Below, in pieces: positions 20,520 through 33,722 of a stretch of DNA of 64,000 nt; position 1 is the first letter of the stretch, and each line of letters begins with the position of its first letter. The notes beneath the pieces are model-generated. The model worked only from the letters and a program-made list of their open reading frames with translations, searched no databases and was not told the origin of the DNA. Origin of the DNA: Hydrurus foetidus (lineage: Eukaryota); contig UYFQ01000005.1 of assembly GCA_900617105.1 (NCBI GenBank), positions 124,001 through 188,000 on the forward strand, given 5' to 3'. A program made the position numbers and the translations under genes.

Positions 20520-21800
20520 CTACCCCTGCGCGATGACGGTGCGCTCCACCAGCCGGTCATCGCCCAGCACGATCATCGCAAACAGCAGCTCGTCCAAACT
20601 GCGGGCTTGGGTGGTTTTGCGGGCCAGCAAAGGCGTGGCCTCGGGGTTCAAGACGATGAAGTCAGCCTCGCAGCCTACAGTCAAGTTGCCCACCATGCCA
20701 CCCAAGCCCAACGCGGCTGCAGCACCTGCAGTGTGCTGCCACCACAGGTGCTGAGGGCTTAAAGACAGACCCGGCTTGGTTTGTCCTTCTCGTCCCACGT
20801 AATAAGCGGCCAGCATGGTGTGAAACGGGCTGAAGCTGGTGCCACCGCCGACATCGCTGGCCAAGCCATAACGGTAGCCCGCACGGTTTGCTGCATCGTA
20901 ATCAAAGAATCCGCTGCCTAAAAACAAATTGCTGGTGGGACTGACCGCCGCCGCCGCACCGCTGTCACGCATCAAGGCGCGGTCAGCGTCGTCAAAATGG
21001 ATACAGTGGGCGTAGACCGCACGCTCGCGCAGCAGGCCGAAATCGCCGTAAACGCCCAAATAGCTGCGCGATGTGGGAAACAACTCGCGCACCCAAGCAA
21101 CTTCGTCTTTGTTTTCGGCAACGTGGGATTGAATCCACACATCAGGGTATTTGGCAGCCAACTCGCCCGCCCCCTTCAGCTGCGCCTCGGTGGAGGTGGG
21201 CGCAAAACGTGGCGTAATGGCGTAACCTAGACGACCCACGCCATGCCATTGCTGAATCAGCGTTTCGGTGTCGATCAGGCTTTGCTCGGTGTCATCGCGC
21301 ACGCCGTCCGGGGAGTTTCGGTCTTGCAGCACTTTGCCGGTGATGAGGCGCAGGTGGTTCTTTTGCGCCTCAGTGAACAGCGCGTTGACTGAAGCCGGGT
21401 GAGAAGTGGCAAACGTAAGCGCGGTGGTCACGCCGTTGCGCAGCAATTCTGCTATAAAAAACTGAGCTACCTCAGCAGCATAGTCAGGCGCTGAGAAGCG
21501 TTTTTCATGCGGGAAAGTGTAATTCTCTAGCCACGGAAGCAAGCCCGCAGCCGGGGCACCGATCACATCGGTTTGCGGGTAGTGGATGTGCAAATCCACA
21601 AAACCCGGCGCGATGATGCGGCCCGGCAAATGCTCGACAGGCACATCCGGAAATTGCCCCCTCAATGCGCTGTAAGCACCTACCGCCAGTACCGTCTCAC
21701 GCCCCAGGGCGTTAGGCGCAACCACCAAGAGGCCATCATCCTCATAGTGTGCGCAATGGTCATCGGAGAAGCGAAGAATGGCGGAACGGTAGGCTTTCAT
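20520..21800 (-). CDS. guaD: Guanine deaminase
   Basis: PGFVDLHIHYPQ, YAITPRFA, QSHVAEN, ASDVGGGTS. Confidence 0.95.
   Translation of the reverse strand: MKAYRSAILRFSDDHCAHYEDDGLLVVAPNALGRETVLAVGAYSALRGQFPDVPVEHLPGRIIAPGFVDLHIHYPQTDVIGAPAAGLLPWLENYTFPHEKRFSAPDYAAEVAQFFIAELLRNGVTTALTFATSHPASVNALFTEAQKNHLRLITGKVLQDRNSPDGVRDDTEQSLIDTETLIQQWHGVGRLGYAITPRFAPTSTEAQLKGAGELAAKYPDVWIQSHVAENKDEVAWVRELFPTSRSYLGVYGDFGLLRERAVYAHCIHFDDADRALMRDSGAAAAVSPTSNLFLGSGFFDYDAANRAGYRYGLASDVGGGTSFSPFHTMLAAYYVGREGQTKPGLSLSPQHLWWQHTAGAAAALGLGGMVGNLTVGCEADFIVLNPEATPLLARKTTQARSLDELLFAMIVLGDDRLVERTVIAQG
21450..21498 (+). repeat. Dispersed motif copy (in guaD)
   Basis: TGCTATAAAAAACTG AGC TACCTCA GC AGCATAGTCAG GC GCT. 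Confidence 0.8.
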
Positions 21801-21860
21801 GGCTGAGGAGGATACGGGGAATTGACCCCTTTGCGATACGACTTCCCCGATAGACCCTAT

Positions 21861-23399
21861 TCAAGAGCCACCGTCAGCAGTTTTGAAGGCGGCCACCAAG
21901 TCCACCAACTCAACCGCTTGCTCCTTCAAACTGCTGGTTGCAGCAGCAATTTGCTCGACCAAAGCTGCGTTTTGCTGCGTTGCTTGATCTATTTGGATGA
22001 CCGCTTCGCCCACCTGTGACACCCCGGCGTTTTGCTCGGAACTGGCCATGCTGATTTCGCCCATTATGTCCGTCACCCGCTTGATCGCACCCACTACATC
22101 GCCCATCGTGGCACCGGCTTTATCGACCAGCAACGTACCCTTCGCCACACGCTCGACGCTGGCCTGAATCAAGGTTTTGATTTCCTTGGCAGCGTCTGCG
22201 GAGCGGCCTGCCAAGCTGCGCACCTCAGAGGCGACCACCGCAAATCCACGCCCTTGCTCGCCTGCCCGTGCCGCTTCCACGGCTGCATTCAGCGCAAGGA
22301 TGTTGGTCTGAAAGGCAATGCCATCAATCACACCAATGATATCGGCAATCATGTGCGAGGCAATGTTGATGCCCTTCATGGTTTCCACCACTTGGCCTAC
22401 CACCTCGCCGCCCTGAATGGCGACCGCACTAGCGCGCTGAGCCAGTTGGTTACCTGCCTGGGCGTTGTCTGCGCTTTGTTTGACCTGGGCACCCAGCTGC
22501 TCCATTGAAGCAGCGGTTTCTTCCAAGGCACTGGCTTGGCTTTCAGTGCGGGCAGATAAATCATGGTTGCCCTGTTCGATTTCAGCGCTGGCCAACGCCA
22601 CGCCTTCAGAGCTGCGCCGCACGTTGGTCACCAGCATAGACAAGTGGGTCTGCATCTGGCCCAGCGAAGTAAGCAACGCTGCAAGCTCATCGTGACCGGA
22701 GCTATTAATGCGGTTGTTCAGATTGCCCCGCGCCACCTGTTCAGCCACATGCACGGCCTGGGTCAGGGGTTGGACGATTTTTTGACTCAACCAAATACTG
22801 CCAGCAAGGCCCACAGCGGTCACTATCACCATCACACCCAGCGCCAGCATACTGTTGCGGCGGGCATCCGCATTGGCGTCAGCTGCGGCCTCGGCTTCTT
22901 CTTTGGACAACTGAGCCTTCAGCGCCACCAGCAGCACCACGGCATCGCGGTCTTTGCCACGTGCCGCAGCATCACCGGCGCGAAAATCAAAATCGGCCGC
23001 CTTGTACACCTCAAAGGCTTTGCGGTAGGCATCGGCGGTACCGACCATAGCCAGGGTAAGTTGCTGGCCCGTGGTTTTAGCCGAGCCTGCGGCCAGCAGA
23101 CCGTTCAAAGCGACCAAACGCTGGTTCACATCGTCCATGGCTTTGAGGTGTGCGGCCCAGTATTTATCCAAATCTTTGGGGTCTTTTCCGCGCAGCAGCA
23201 CGTTTTTCCATTCCTGGATGGCGAGGGAAAAATGGGCGTCCACTTCAGCGGCTTTTTTGTGCGCGGCGACCGTGTGCAGCACACCATTCGCGTATAGATT
23301 CACTGAATCCATCAGTTTAAAAATGCCAAAGATACCGCCAGCAAACAACAAGCTCAACGCCAATGCGAAGGCCAAGGGTATCTTGACACGTAACTTCAT
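21861..23399 (-). CDS. Methyl-accepting chemotaxis protein
   Basis: Two TM segments, [34 protein letters not shown]. Confidence 0.95.
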   Translation of the reverse strand: MKLRVKIPLAFALALSLLFAGGIFGIFKLMDSVNLYANGVLHTVAAHKKAAEVDAHFSLAIQEWKNVLLRGKDPKDLDKYWAAHLKAMDDVNQRLVALNGLLAAGSAKTTGQQLTLAMVGTADAYRKAFEVYKAADFDFRAGDAAARGKDRDAVVLLVALKAQLSKEEAEAAADANADARRNSMLALGVMVIVTAVGLAGSIWLSQKIVQPLTQAVHVAEQVARGNLNNRINSSGHDELAALLTSLGQMQTHLSMLVTNVRRSSEGVALASAEIEQGNHDLSARTESQASALEETAASMEQLGAQVKQSADNAQAGNQLAQRASAVAIQGGEVVGQVVETMKGINIASHMIADIIGVIDGIAFQTNILALNAAVEAARAGEQGRGFAVVASEVRSLAGRSADAAKEIKTLIQASVERVAKGTLLVDKAGATMGDVVGAIKRVTDIMGEISMASSEQNAGVSQVGEAVIQIDQATQQNAALVEQIAAATSSLKEQAVELVDLVAAFKTADGGS

Positions 23400-23512
23400 G
23401 GCGACATCCTTCAGTGAAGAAAAATCAGTTATCGAACATAGCAAAAACCTAATCTGTCATCATCACACTGCATGAAAACCCTTACCCTTCACGGGACAAG
23501 CCCCACACCAAC

Positions 23513-23583
23513 GGCCCACCTTTTTCAGTCAAACGCTCTTGCAACTCGTCCAAAAAGGCTTCGACCGAGGAAGTATCGACAAA
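23513..23583 (-). pseudogene. Decayed internal fragment of yceH
   Basis: 62/71 nt identical to 25824-25894; translates [23 protein letters not shown] vs [23 protein letters not shown]. Confidence 0.85.
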
Positions 23584-23609
23584 TCGGAGAACAGCGGCGC
23601 GGTAAGCCT

Positions 23610-25403
23610 TCAAAAGCTTTCCCAATCAGCATCATTGGGTTTGGCTGCCTGTTTAGGTGATGCCGCTGGCGTGCTGGTTGCCGTGGCCGGTTGAGTCAAG
23701 CGCGGCGGCACCATCGGCTTCGCGGCAGGACGTGGCGACGAGGCCAGCGCTTTCGGTGCAGTGCGATGAGCGACAGCAGGGGGTGCTTCCACCTTCGGGC
23801 GAGACACCTGGGCATGCTTCATCGCAGTACCACCGCCACTGCGCACAACCCCCACAGGCGTACCGACGTTGAATACCGAAACCACTTCGGCTAAATACTT
23901 CGCTTGGTCGCGCAACCCGGCAGCGGCGGCGGCAGACTCTTCAACCAGCGCCGCATTTTGCTGCGTCATTTGGTCCAAATTCGCCACCGCCGAGTTGACA
24001 TGGCTGATGCCGTCGCGCTGCTCATTGGAAGCCGCACTGATCTCACCTATCAAATCACTCACGCGGCGCACACTGCTGACGATTTCTGCCATCGCTGTAC
24101 CGGCCTGCGTGACCTGTTGCGAGCCAGATTGCACGGTTTCTTCCGATGCAGCGATCAGCACTTTGATTTCTTTGGCTGCCTCTGCGGACCGCTTGGCCAA
24201 GCTGCGAACTTCAGAGGCCACCACCGCAAAGCCACGGCCTTGTTCACCAGCGCGAGCAGCTTCCACGGCCGCATTCAGCGCCAGAATGTTGGTTTGAAAA
24301 GCGATACCGTCAATGGTGCCAATGATGTCGGCAATTTTGCGTGAGGCATTGCTGATGTTTTGCATGCTGACCACCACCTGCCCGACGACTTCACCGCCAT
24401 GGGTTGCAGCCTGTGCCGCAGTAGATGCCAACTGACTGGCTTGGCGCGCGGTGTCAGCCGATTGGGTCACTGTGCTGGTCAGCTCTTCCATGCTGGAGGC
24501 TGTTTGTTGCAGGTTAGAGGCCGTTTGCTCGGTACGGTTCGAAAGATCTTGGTTGCCATTGGCAATTTCATTGGACGCTGTTGAAACCGATTCCGTACCG
24601 GTACGCACCTCAGAGACCAGCATGCGCAACTTGACAGCCATACTGGACAGCGAACGCAGCAAGTGACCAAACTCATCACCCCGAGACTCAGAGACTTCTT
24701 GCGTCAAATCGCCCGCCGCAATCGCCTCAGCCACTGCCATGGCCTGTGCCAGCGGGCGGTTGATCGAGCGCACCAGCACGATGGCCAGGAACATGCCAAA
24801 ACCAAAAACAACCGCAGCCACCAAGGCGGCAATCAGCAGCATTTGATGGCGTGCTTCCATCGCAGCGACCCGTGAGTCATCTCGCTGGCGCGCTTGTACC
24901 GCCACATACTGGTCAATCGCCTCCAAATAAACTTTGGTGCCTGGTTTGTAAATCGCATCAGAGAATGCTTGCCGCGCAGCCACATCGCCTGTCGCCTTGA
25001 GCTGATTCGTTGTTGCAGCCTGCCCCCGCAGGAAAGCCCGTGCAGTCGCAATTTTTTCAAGGGCGGCCTTGTCGTCGGGTGTGGTCGCAGCTTTGACAAG
25101 TGCTTCTTGAATGGGCGTTATTTCGGCGGTCATCGCGGCAACACGCTCATCAAAATTTTTGCTCATCCCATCGTCAGTCGTTACAAGACTAGACATCGCT
25201 AAAGTCGTCGCCATGCCAGCCAAACCTCGCCACTGAATGGAGGCCGCACTCTGTTTCTCACTGACATTCACCAAGCGTTCAGTCGCATCAATGGTGTTCA
25301 GCAAGCGTACTTGCAGTGCAATGGCAACAAGCAGTATGGCGACCATCAAACCGATAATCGAAATCCACAGCTTGTGAGCCAGCTTCAGGTTGTTGAATGT
25401 CAT
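23610..25403 (-). CDS. Methyl-accepting chemotaxis protein with C-terminal pentapeptide DWESF
   Basis: MCP signalling domain; Pro/Ala tail ending in a CheR/CheB-docking pentapeptide. Confidence 0.95.
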   Translation of the reverse strand: MTFNNLKLAHKLWISIIGLMVAILLVAIALQVRLLNTIDATERLVNVSEKQSAASIQWRGLAGMATTLAMSSLVTTDDGMSKNFDERVAAMTAEITPIQEALVKAATTPDDKAALEKIATARAFLRGQAATTNQLKATGDVAARQAFSDAIYKPGTKVYLEAIDQYVAVQARQRDDSRVAAMEARHQMLLIAALVAAVVFGFGMFLAIVLVRSINRPLAQAMAVAEAIAAGDLTQEVSESRGDEFGHLLRSLSSMAVKLRMLVSEVRTGTESVSTASNEIANGNQDLSNRTEQTASNLQQTASSMEELTSTVTQSADTARQASQLASTAAQAATHGGEVVGQVVVSMQNISNASRKIADIIGTIDGIAFQTNILALNAAVEAARAGEQGRGFAVVASEVRSLAKRSAEAAKEIKVLIAASEETVQSGSQQVTQAGTAMAEIVSSVRRVSDLIGEISAASNEQRDGISHVNSAVANLDQMTQQNAALVEESAAAAAGLRDQAKYLAEVVSVFNVGTPVGVVRSGGGTAMKHAQVSRPKVEAPPAVAHRTAPKALASSPRPAAKPMVPPRLTQPATATSTPAASPKQAAKPNDADWESF

Positions 25404-25465
25404 ATGCAGAGTTTCTTCGTAGTTTTAAGGGGGGAGGGAACATGCGGGTTGCCAATGCACAGGCC

Positions 25466-25480
25466 GCAATCAACGTGCCA
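25466..25480 (-). promoter_or_regulatory. Putative sigma-54 promoter for the MCP gene
   Basis: Minus strand TGGCAC-GTTGA-TTGC matches the -24/-12 consensus, about 60 bp upstream of ATG 25403. Confidence 0.65.
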
Positions 25481-25573
25481 TTCAACGCTGACTATAGGCA
25501 CTTGGCATAACCCCCGTTCCAAACTCGGGTACAGGTGACAACTTGCAGGCACACAGACACCTCACAACGAGCA

Positions 25574-26260
25574 CTATGGCGAGCTGGCAGAGGTGAGAGC
25601 GGCTGGCAATGCCAAACCCAGCTCGTGTGCCAAATAGGCGACTGCGCTGCTCAACTGGGCCACCTCTTGCTCCAACGCAAGCACACGGCTTTGCAGCGTG
25701 GAATCATGGGTACCGTCTACAGCACCAGAACGGAGCAAAGCCGAGGCATCTACCGGGCCACTCAACAAATGCGCCCAGCGTTGTTCACGCGCCCCCGGCG
25801 TACGCGGCAGACACACCACCAGTGGCCCACCTTTTTCAACCGAACGCTCTTGCAGTTCGTCCAAAAAGGCCTCAACCGAGGAAATATCGGCAAACTTGTA
25901 CCAACGCTCGGTGTTGATGCGCAGCTCGCCCGCCGTTTGAGGGCCACGCAAGATCAGCAAGCCCAAGATCACCGCCGATTGCTCGGGCACACCCACGCCG
26001 CGCTGGAAGTTGTGCTCGTAGCGAGCTACGCGGCCACCGCTGGATTCGTGCGTCAAGTTCAGCAGCTTCAACTCGTCCAACGCCTCTTGGGCTTGGGCGT
26101 CAGTGATGTTCATCACCACGTCACGGCTGGTTTTTTGATTGCAGCCACTGACCAACGCGTTCAGCGTCAGTGGGTAGGTGTCAGGCACCGTGCGGGCCTT
26201 TTCCATCAGCGTACCGAGAACACGGGCTTCAATGGCGCTAAGGGGTCTTATCGTGGGCAT
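25574..26260 (-). CDS. yceH: YceH / DUF480 family protein
   Basis: [49 protein letters not shown]. Confidence 0.92.
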   Translation of the reverse strand: MPTIRPLSAIEARVLGTLMEKARTVPDTYPLTLNALVSGCNQKTSRDVVMNITDAQAQEALDELKLLNLTHESSGGRVARYEHNFQRGVGVPEQSAVILGLLILRGPQTAGELRINTERWYKFADISSVEAFLDELQERSVEKGGPLVVCLPRTPGAREQRWAHLLSGPVDASALLRSGAVDGTHDSTLQSRVLALEQEVAQLSSAVAYLAHELGLALPAALTSASSP

Positions 26261-26291
26261 GGCGTTCCTTGAGTCAAGTTCAGTGAGGCTT

Positions 26292-26936
26292 TCAGTGCGG
26301 TTTGGGCAACTGCGCTACTGCACGCGCAATCGATTCACCCCATAGCTTATAGCCCCCAGGGGTGAAGTGCATGCCGTCGAGCGTAGGCCATTCGCCGGGT
26401 TTGGCCATGCTGAGCGAGTTAATGTAGGTGCAGGGCGACACCGTGAGGGCCAAAAAATCGGAGGTGAGCTTCACCCGCGCATAAGTCTTGCCTAAGCTGC
26501 CGCCTTCCGCTCCCCAGGCTGGCCCTACCCAGGCGCATGCGGTGTTCGTTTTGGCAATCGCCCCGGTGAGTTTCCACACCTCTTGCGAGGCCCACTGCTT
26601 GGGAAAATAAGGCTCGGCATACCCCGCCAAGGTGTCGCCCATGACGATCAGCACCAACTGCGGGTGCTCAGCTTCAATCAGCTGCGCGACAGGTTTGGTC
26701 TTTGCAGCCCGATTGAGGCTGATGCGCAGCGGGCCTTTGCCCACCCGCTCTGCCCCGCCGCAGTCGCCGTTGGTAGCCTGTAGCCACGCGCTGGGTGTGA
26801 GCCCACACACGCCTATCGAATGCACCTGCGCCCCGGCGTTGACCAAGCTGTCGTGCAGGCTGGAAATCAAATACCCCGGTGCCCCCATATGGCTGGCACC
26901 CACAATCAAAATACTGAGACCTGAAAGCATATTCAT
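26292..26936 (-). CDS. SGNH/GDSL-family protein, WssF/BcsX-like (polysaccharide acetylation)
   Basis: IVGASH block I, GVCG, CAWVGP, DGMH (DxxH). Family assigned from recall. Confidence 0.7.
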   Translation of the reverse strand: MNMLSGLSILIVGASHMGAPGYLISSLHDSLVNAGAQVHSIGVCGLTPSAWLQATNGDCGGAERVGKGPLRISLNRAAKTKPVAQLIEAEHPQLVLIVMGDTLAGYAEPYFPKQWASQEVWKLTGAIAKTNTACAWVGPAWGAEGGSLGKTYARVKLTSDFLALTVSPCTYINSLSMAKPGEWPTLDGMHFTPGGYKLWGESIARAVAQLPKPH

Positions 26937-26983
26937 TCATTTTCGTTATGCATGTTGTCGGTTTTGAGATGTTCGGGGCTGGC

Positions 26984-28276
26984 TTAGCGTGTGCCGTAAA
27001 CGCCCTCCAAACCGGTGCTGCCCAGCGCCAAGGTCGCAGCCAAAAGCAACACCGTAACCCAGGGCTTGCGCCACAAACGGTAATCACCGCACTGCCGTGG
27101 CAACAGCGCTTCAGCCGCGATGACCAGCGTTGCGGCCAGCAGGGTCAGACCAGTTTGAAAATCCATTTCCAAATGTAACAGCCATGCATCACGCCCCCCT
27201 TCAAAGTACAGGATTTGATTGAATTTAAGCCCCAAAGTGGGCATGTCCAGCTCCGAAAAAATCAAGCGACCGAACACCACGATGGCGGGAAACAACAGCA
27301 GATTCAGCCACCGCCCCCAGCGCTTGAGAGGCCCACGGGCCAGCCGGTACGTCAGCAACCACCCCGTGGCGTGAAATACCCCCCACAGCATGAATTTAAG
27401 CGACACCCCATGCCACAGCGCCGAACAGGCAAACACCCCCAGCACCGCAGCGCTCAGCCCCCAACGGGCTTTGAGGGGGTTGAAAAACAAAGGCTTGAAC
27501 ACAGCCCCCAAGCTGGTGTGCCAGCGCTGCCAGTAGCCGATCACATCGCGGGCGGCAAAGGGGCTTTTGAAATTCACATCGGTTTTAACGCCCACCGCGT
27601 TCAGCACACCAAACACCATGAACGAGATGCCGCTGAAATTGAAGTACACATAGGCTTCGAAAGCCACAGCAAACGCCAGAATATCCACGGCATCGGCAGA
27701 TTCTTTAAGCACCAACAAAGGGGCCAAAGCGACGGCCAGCACACCATAAAAGAATGCCCCCAGCACCACCCAAGCGCCATAAAACTTGATCCGACGCCAG
27801 CGCAAAGGCCGTTGTGAAGGCCGCATTGAATGGGGCTTGACCGGAAGCGCACAAGGCCCGGAATTCCACCTCAGCGGATGCAAGACGTGCCCCACCAGCC
27901 GAGCCGAACTCAGATTTCCAGTGAAGACATGCAACGCCAGCCCCGCCGTCACAAACGACACACCCAGCCAAGGCCATGTTGCATCCCGTACCCCATGACC
28001 CACCATGAACCCCGTCAACACACCAATGTGGCCAGTGAGCGTCAGCACAGGGGTGATGAAAAACACGGCATAGGCCAGCCAGCGCCGCAGCGCAGGCCGC
28101 TGGCCAGACGGGAAACCCAAGGCGCAGTAGAGCAACCAAACACCGCCGCCCACAGCCAACGTGTAGGTGCCCGCCCAAAGGCCGTTCGCGGTGTGAGGGT
28201 GGGTGTAGGCGATCAGCGCATAAGAAGCAGCAAAAACGGCTACGGCCAATACCTGCCGCAGACGCTGCTTCAGCAC
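26984..28276 (-). CDS. MBOAT-family O-acyltransferase (AlgI/WssH/DltB-like)
   Basis: YFNFSG, NFKSPF, YWQRWHTSL, SALWHG..WGVFH motifs; multi-TM; GTG start. Confidence 0.85.
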   Translation of the reverse strand: MLKQRLRQVLAVAVFAASYALIAYTHPHTANGLWAGTYTLAVGGGVWLLYCALGFPSGQRPALRRWLAYAVFFITPVLTLTGHIGVLTGFMVGHGVRDATWPWLGVSFVTAGLALHVFTGNLSSARLVGHVLHPLRWNSGPCALPVKPHSMRPSQRPLRWRRIKFYGAWVVLGAFFYGVLAVALAPLLVLKESADAVDILAFAVAFEAYVYFNFSGISFMVFGVLNAVGVKTDVNFKSPFAARDVIGYWQRWHTSLGAVFKPLFFNPLKARWGLSAAVLGVFACSALWHGVSLKFMLWGVFHATGWLLTYRLARGPLKRWGRWLNLLLFPAIVVFGRLIFSELDMPTLGLKFNQILYFEGGRDAWLLHLEMDFQTGLTLLAATLVIAAEALLPRQCGDYRLWRKPWVTVLLLAATLALGSTGLEGVYGTR

Positions 28277-28291
28277 GGCTTTAACACGGTG

Positions 28292-30353
<2,062 letters not shown>

Positions 30354-30383
30354 GGAGGACTCTTATTTTCAGGGCGGTAAACC

Positions 30384-30411
30384 AAAAGAGCTGCACGAAG
30401 GCAGCTCTTTT
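30384..30411. terminator. Intrinsic terminator-like hairpin after the BMP gene
   Basis: AAAAGAGCTGC-ACGAAG-GCAGCTCTTTT. Confidence 0.7.
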
Positions 30412-30432
30412 CAAGTTCAGACAGCGAAAGAA

Positions 30433-31614
30433 TTACTTCTTATCGCCGCCAGGAACCTTGCCTTCCACGCCTTTAACGTAAAAGTTAACGGCACCGAGTT
30501 GCGCATCAGCACCCGTCCATTCTTTGCCTTCTTTGTCTTTGACAGGCTTGCCGTCTTGACCTGTGAGTGGGCCTTTCCAGATGGAGATGCTGCCGTCTTT
30601 CAAACCGGCTTTGATCTCGTCAATCTTCTTTTTGGTCTCTTCAGGCACGTCGGCGGCCAAGGACACCATGTCGATCGCGCCTTCTTTCACACCCCACCAC
30701 GTTTGACCGGTGGCCCATTTGCCTTCCAGTGCATCTTTGGTCGCCGCGATGTAGTACGGTGTCCAGTTGATGACAGCGGAACCCAAATGCGCTTTGGGGC
30801 CGTAGGCGGTCATGTCGCTGTCCCAGCCGAAAGCACGTTTGCCTTTAGATTCAGCGGTTTGCAGCACGGCTGACGAATCGGTGTTTTGCATCAGCACGTC
30901 AGCACCGCCGTTGATGAGCGAGGTAGCGGCTTCGGTTTCTTTCGGTGGGTTGAACCACTCGTTCACCCAAACCACTTTGGTCTTGATTTTGGGGTTGACC
31001 GACTGCGCACCCATCGTGAAGCTGTTGATGTTGCGGATGACTTCAGGAATTGGCACCGAACCGACAAAACCCAGCACGTTGGATTTGGTCATACTGCCCG
31101 CAATCACACCGGCCATGTACGCGCCTTCGTAGGTGCGGCTGTCGTAGGTGCGCAGGTTGTCGGCGGTTTTGTAGCCGGTGGCGTGCTCGAACTTCACATC
31201 CTTCAGATCAGCAGCGACCTTGAGCATGGGTTCCATGTAGCCAAAGGTGGTGCCAAAAATGAGCTTGTTGCCCTGCGATGCCATGTCACGGAACACGCGC
31301 TCAGCGTCGGCAGACTCTGGCACTTTTTCGACGAAGCTGGTGACGATCTTGTCGCCGAATTCTTTCTCCAAAGCCTTGCGGGCGTTGTCGTGCGCGAACG
31401 TCCAGCCACCATCACCCACTGGGCCGACATAGGCAAAACCGATTTTGAGCGGCTCAGGTTTGGGGGCCGGTGCAGGGGCTGCCGCGACGGGCGCAGGGGC
31501 CGGTGCAGGGGGTGGCGGCGGTGGAGGGGAACAAGCCACCAAAGCGGCCGTCGCCGCCGCAGCAGCACTCAGCGCGCTCAGTCTCAGCAGGGAACGTTTT
31601 TGCAAATCGGTCAT
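30433..31614 (-). CDS. BMP-family ABC substrate-binding lipoprotein (purine/nucleoside)
   Basis: LVAC lipobox, Pro/Ala linker, YVGPVGDGGWTFAHD, FEHATGY. Start 31614. Confidence 0.92.
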   Translation of the reverse strand: MTDLQKRSLLRLSALSAAAAATAALVACSPPPPPPPAPAPAPVAAAPAPAPKPEPLKIGFAYVGPVGDGGWTFAHDNARKALEKEFGDKIVTSFVEKVPESADAERVFRDMASQGNKLIFGTTFGYMEPMLKVAADLKDVKFEHATGYKTADNLRTYDSRTYEGAYMAGVIAGSMTKSNVLGFVGSVPIPEVIRNINSFTMGAQSVNPKIKTKVVWVNEWFNPPKETEAATSLINGGADVLMQNTDSSAVLQTAESKGKRAFGWDSDMTAYGPKAHLGSAVINWTPYYIAATKDALEGKWATGQTWWGVKEGAIDMVSLAADVPEETKKKIDEIKAGLKDGSISIWKGPLTGQDGKPVKDKEGKEWTGADAQLGAVNFYVKGVEGKVPGGDKK

Positions 31615-31693
31615 GGAGAAATCCTTTTGGAGGTTGATGGAAGTTAAAGAAGGGACGACGGAAAACAAAGATTATGAGTGAAGATCAGCAAGC

Positions 31694-32614
31694 TCAAGAC
31701 CCCGCATAAAACGGCTTGCCAATACTGGCTGGCATGTTGATGCGTATCCACTGCGGATTGCGCGAAATCAACGCCAACACGACGATGGTAGACACATAGG
31801 GCAGCATCGACAAAAACTGGCTGGGAATCTCAACGCCTAAGCCTTGCAGGTAAAAATCAAGCTGCGTCATGCCGCCGAACAGGTAAGCGCCCAGCAAAAC
31901 CCGTACCGGACGCCACGTTGCAAAGGTGGTCAGCGCCAGCGCAATCCAGCCTTTGCCAGATACCATGCCCTCGACCCACAGCGGCGCATACACCACCGAC
32001 AAATAGGCCCCAGCCAGCCCGCACATCGCGCCACCCGCCACCACGGCTACCATGCGGATACGGCGCACCGGGTAGCCTAATGCATGGGCCGATTCAGGCG
32101 ATTCGCCCACCGAGCGCAGCACCAAGCCAGCACGGGTTTTGTACAAAAACCAGACCAAGGCGAGCGTGAAAATCACTGTCACATAAACCAGCGGATGGTG
32201 CTGAAACAGCGCCGGCCCGATAAAGGGAATATCGGCCAAACCAGGCACAGCGTAATGCGTTTGCTCAGGCAGTTTCTCTTGCACGTACTTGATGCCTGCG
32301 AACGCGGAAAACCCCGTGCCAAACAAGCTCAACGCCAAGCCAGTGGCGTACTGGTTGGTGTTGAGCCAAATCACCAGCACCCCAAAAATAGCTGCCAGCA
32401 CCGCCCCTGCGGCCATGCCTGCCAAGAAGCCTATCCACGGGTTGCCCGTGTGAACGACAGCCGCAAACCCTGCAATGGCCGCGCACAGCATCATGCCCTC
32501 AGCCCCTAGGTTAACGATGCCCGCCTTCTCATTGATGAGCAGCCCCAAAGCTGCAATCGCGAGCACAGTGCCCGCGTTGAAGGTGGCGGCGAGTAAGAGT
32601 GCGAATGATTCCAT
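31694..32614 (-). CDS. Nucleoside-type ABC transporter permease
   Basis: EKAGIVNLGAEG, GLVLRSVGESP, GKGWIALA. Confidence 0.92.
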   Translation of the reverse strand: MESFALLLAATFNAGTVLAIAALGLLINEKAGIVNLGAEGMMLCAAIAGFAAVVHTGNPWIGFLAGMAAGAVLAAIFGVLVIWLNTNQYATGLALSLFGTGFSAFAGIKYVQEKLPEQTHYAVPGLADIPFIGPALFQHHPLVYVTVIFTLALVWFLYKTRAGLVLRSVGESPESAHALGYPVRRIRMVAVVAGGAMCGLAGAYLSVVYAPLWVEGMVSGKGWIALALTTFATWRPVRVLLGAYLFGGMTQLDFYLQGLGVEIPSQFLSMLPYVSTIVVLALISRNPQWIRINMPASIGKPFYAGS

Positions 32615-32654
32615 GTGCTGACCTTTTGTTCTTTATTTCTTCTTCAATTCTTCT

Positions 32655-33722
32655 TCAGTTCTTCTTGCGAGCGACATAAACCACCCGGTACGCCATCAGC
32701 GTATCCGCCGCCAACAGCGTGAACAGCAGCAGCCCCTGGAACACCCCTGTCAGCGATTTGGGCAGGCCCATGCGGGACTGGGCCATCTCACCGCCGATGT
32801 AGAACAGGCTCATCAGCAGGGACGAGAACACGATGCCCACTGGGTGCAAGCGCCCGACAAAAGCCACGATGATGGCCGCAAAGCCGTAGCCTGCGGGCAC
32901 GTAGGGGGTGAGTTGACCAATCGGCCCGGCCACTTCCAGCGCACCAGCCAAGCCCGCCGCGCCGCCTGAAGTCAGCAAAGCGATGTACAGCGCACGGCGG
33001 GACGAAAACCCAGCATACCTTGCCGCCGCCGGAGCTAAACCGCCCACCTGCTGCGCAAAACCAGCGCGGGTGCGGAACAAAAACACCCACATCAGCGCCG
33101 CACCGGCCAGCCCGATCAACAAGCCAATCGACACGCGCGACCCGGCCATCAAGCGGGGGATTTGCGTGGTTTTCTCAAAGGTTTGGGTTTGCGGAAAGTT
33201 GTAGCCGTTAGGGTCTTTCCACGGGCCTTCCACCATGTAGCCCAAGAGCAAAATCGCCACGTACACCAGCATCAGACTGACCAAAATTTCGCTGGCGTTG
33301 AACTTGTCGCGCAGCACCGCCGTGAGGCCCGCCCACACCATGCCGCCCACAACACCGGCGACGAGGATGGGCAGCACGATCCAGCCGCCCGTCGTCTTGT
33401 CGGCCATCAGCGCCACGCCGCTGGCGAACACGGCACCGATCACATACTGGCCTTCAGCACCGATGTTCCAAACGTTCGAGCGAAAGCACACACCTAAGCC
33501 CAGTGCGATGACGAGCAACGGCGTGGCCTTGACCATCAACTCGCCGATGCCCCGCGCTGTTTTGACGGGTTCCCAAAAGAACACCTGCAAGCCCTTAACG
33601 GGGTCTTTGCCCAAAGCCACAAACAGCAGCACGCCGATGATGACCGTGACCAGCAGCGCCAACACGGGGGCCGCGTAAGTCCAAAATTGAGAGGGCTGAG
33701 GCCGCGCTTCGAGCTTAAACAT
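32655..33722 (-). CDS. Nucleoside-type ABC transporter permease
   Basis: WNIGAEGQ, EILVSLML, GYGFAAIIVAFVGRLHP. Confidence 0.92.
   Translation of the reverse strand: MFKLEARPQPSQFWTYAAPVLALLVTVIIGVLLFVALGKDPVKGLQVFFWEPVKTARGIGELMVKATPLLVIALGLGVCFRSNVWNIGAEGQYVIGAVFASGVALMADKTTGGWIVLPILVAGVVGGMVWAGLTAVLRDKFNASEILVSLMLVYVAILLLGYMVEGPWKDPNGYNFPQTQTFEKTTQIPRLMAGSRVSIGLLIGLAGAALMWVFLFRTRAGFAQQVGGLAPAAARYAGFSSRRALYIALLTSGGAAGLAGALEVAGPIGQLTPYVPAGYGFAAIIVAFVGRLHPVGIVFSSLLMSLFYIGGEMAQSRMGLPKSLTGVFQGLLLFTLLAADTLMAYRVVYVARKKN

Noticed and set aside
22150..24330. Nucleotide similarity between the two MCP genes
   Set aside because: Explained by the conserved MCP signalling hairpin.
31455..31530. GC-rich repeats (GGGGCCGGTGCAGGGG twice) in the BMP gene
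   Set aside because: They encode an ordinary Pro/Ala lipoprotein tether.
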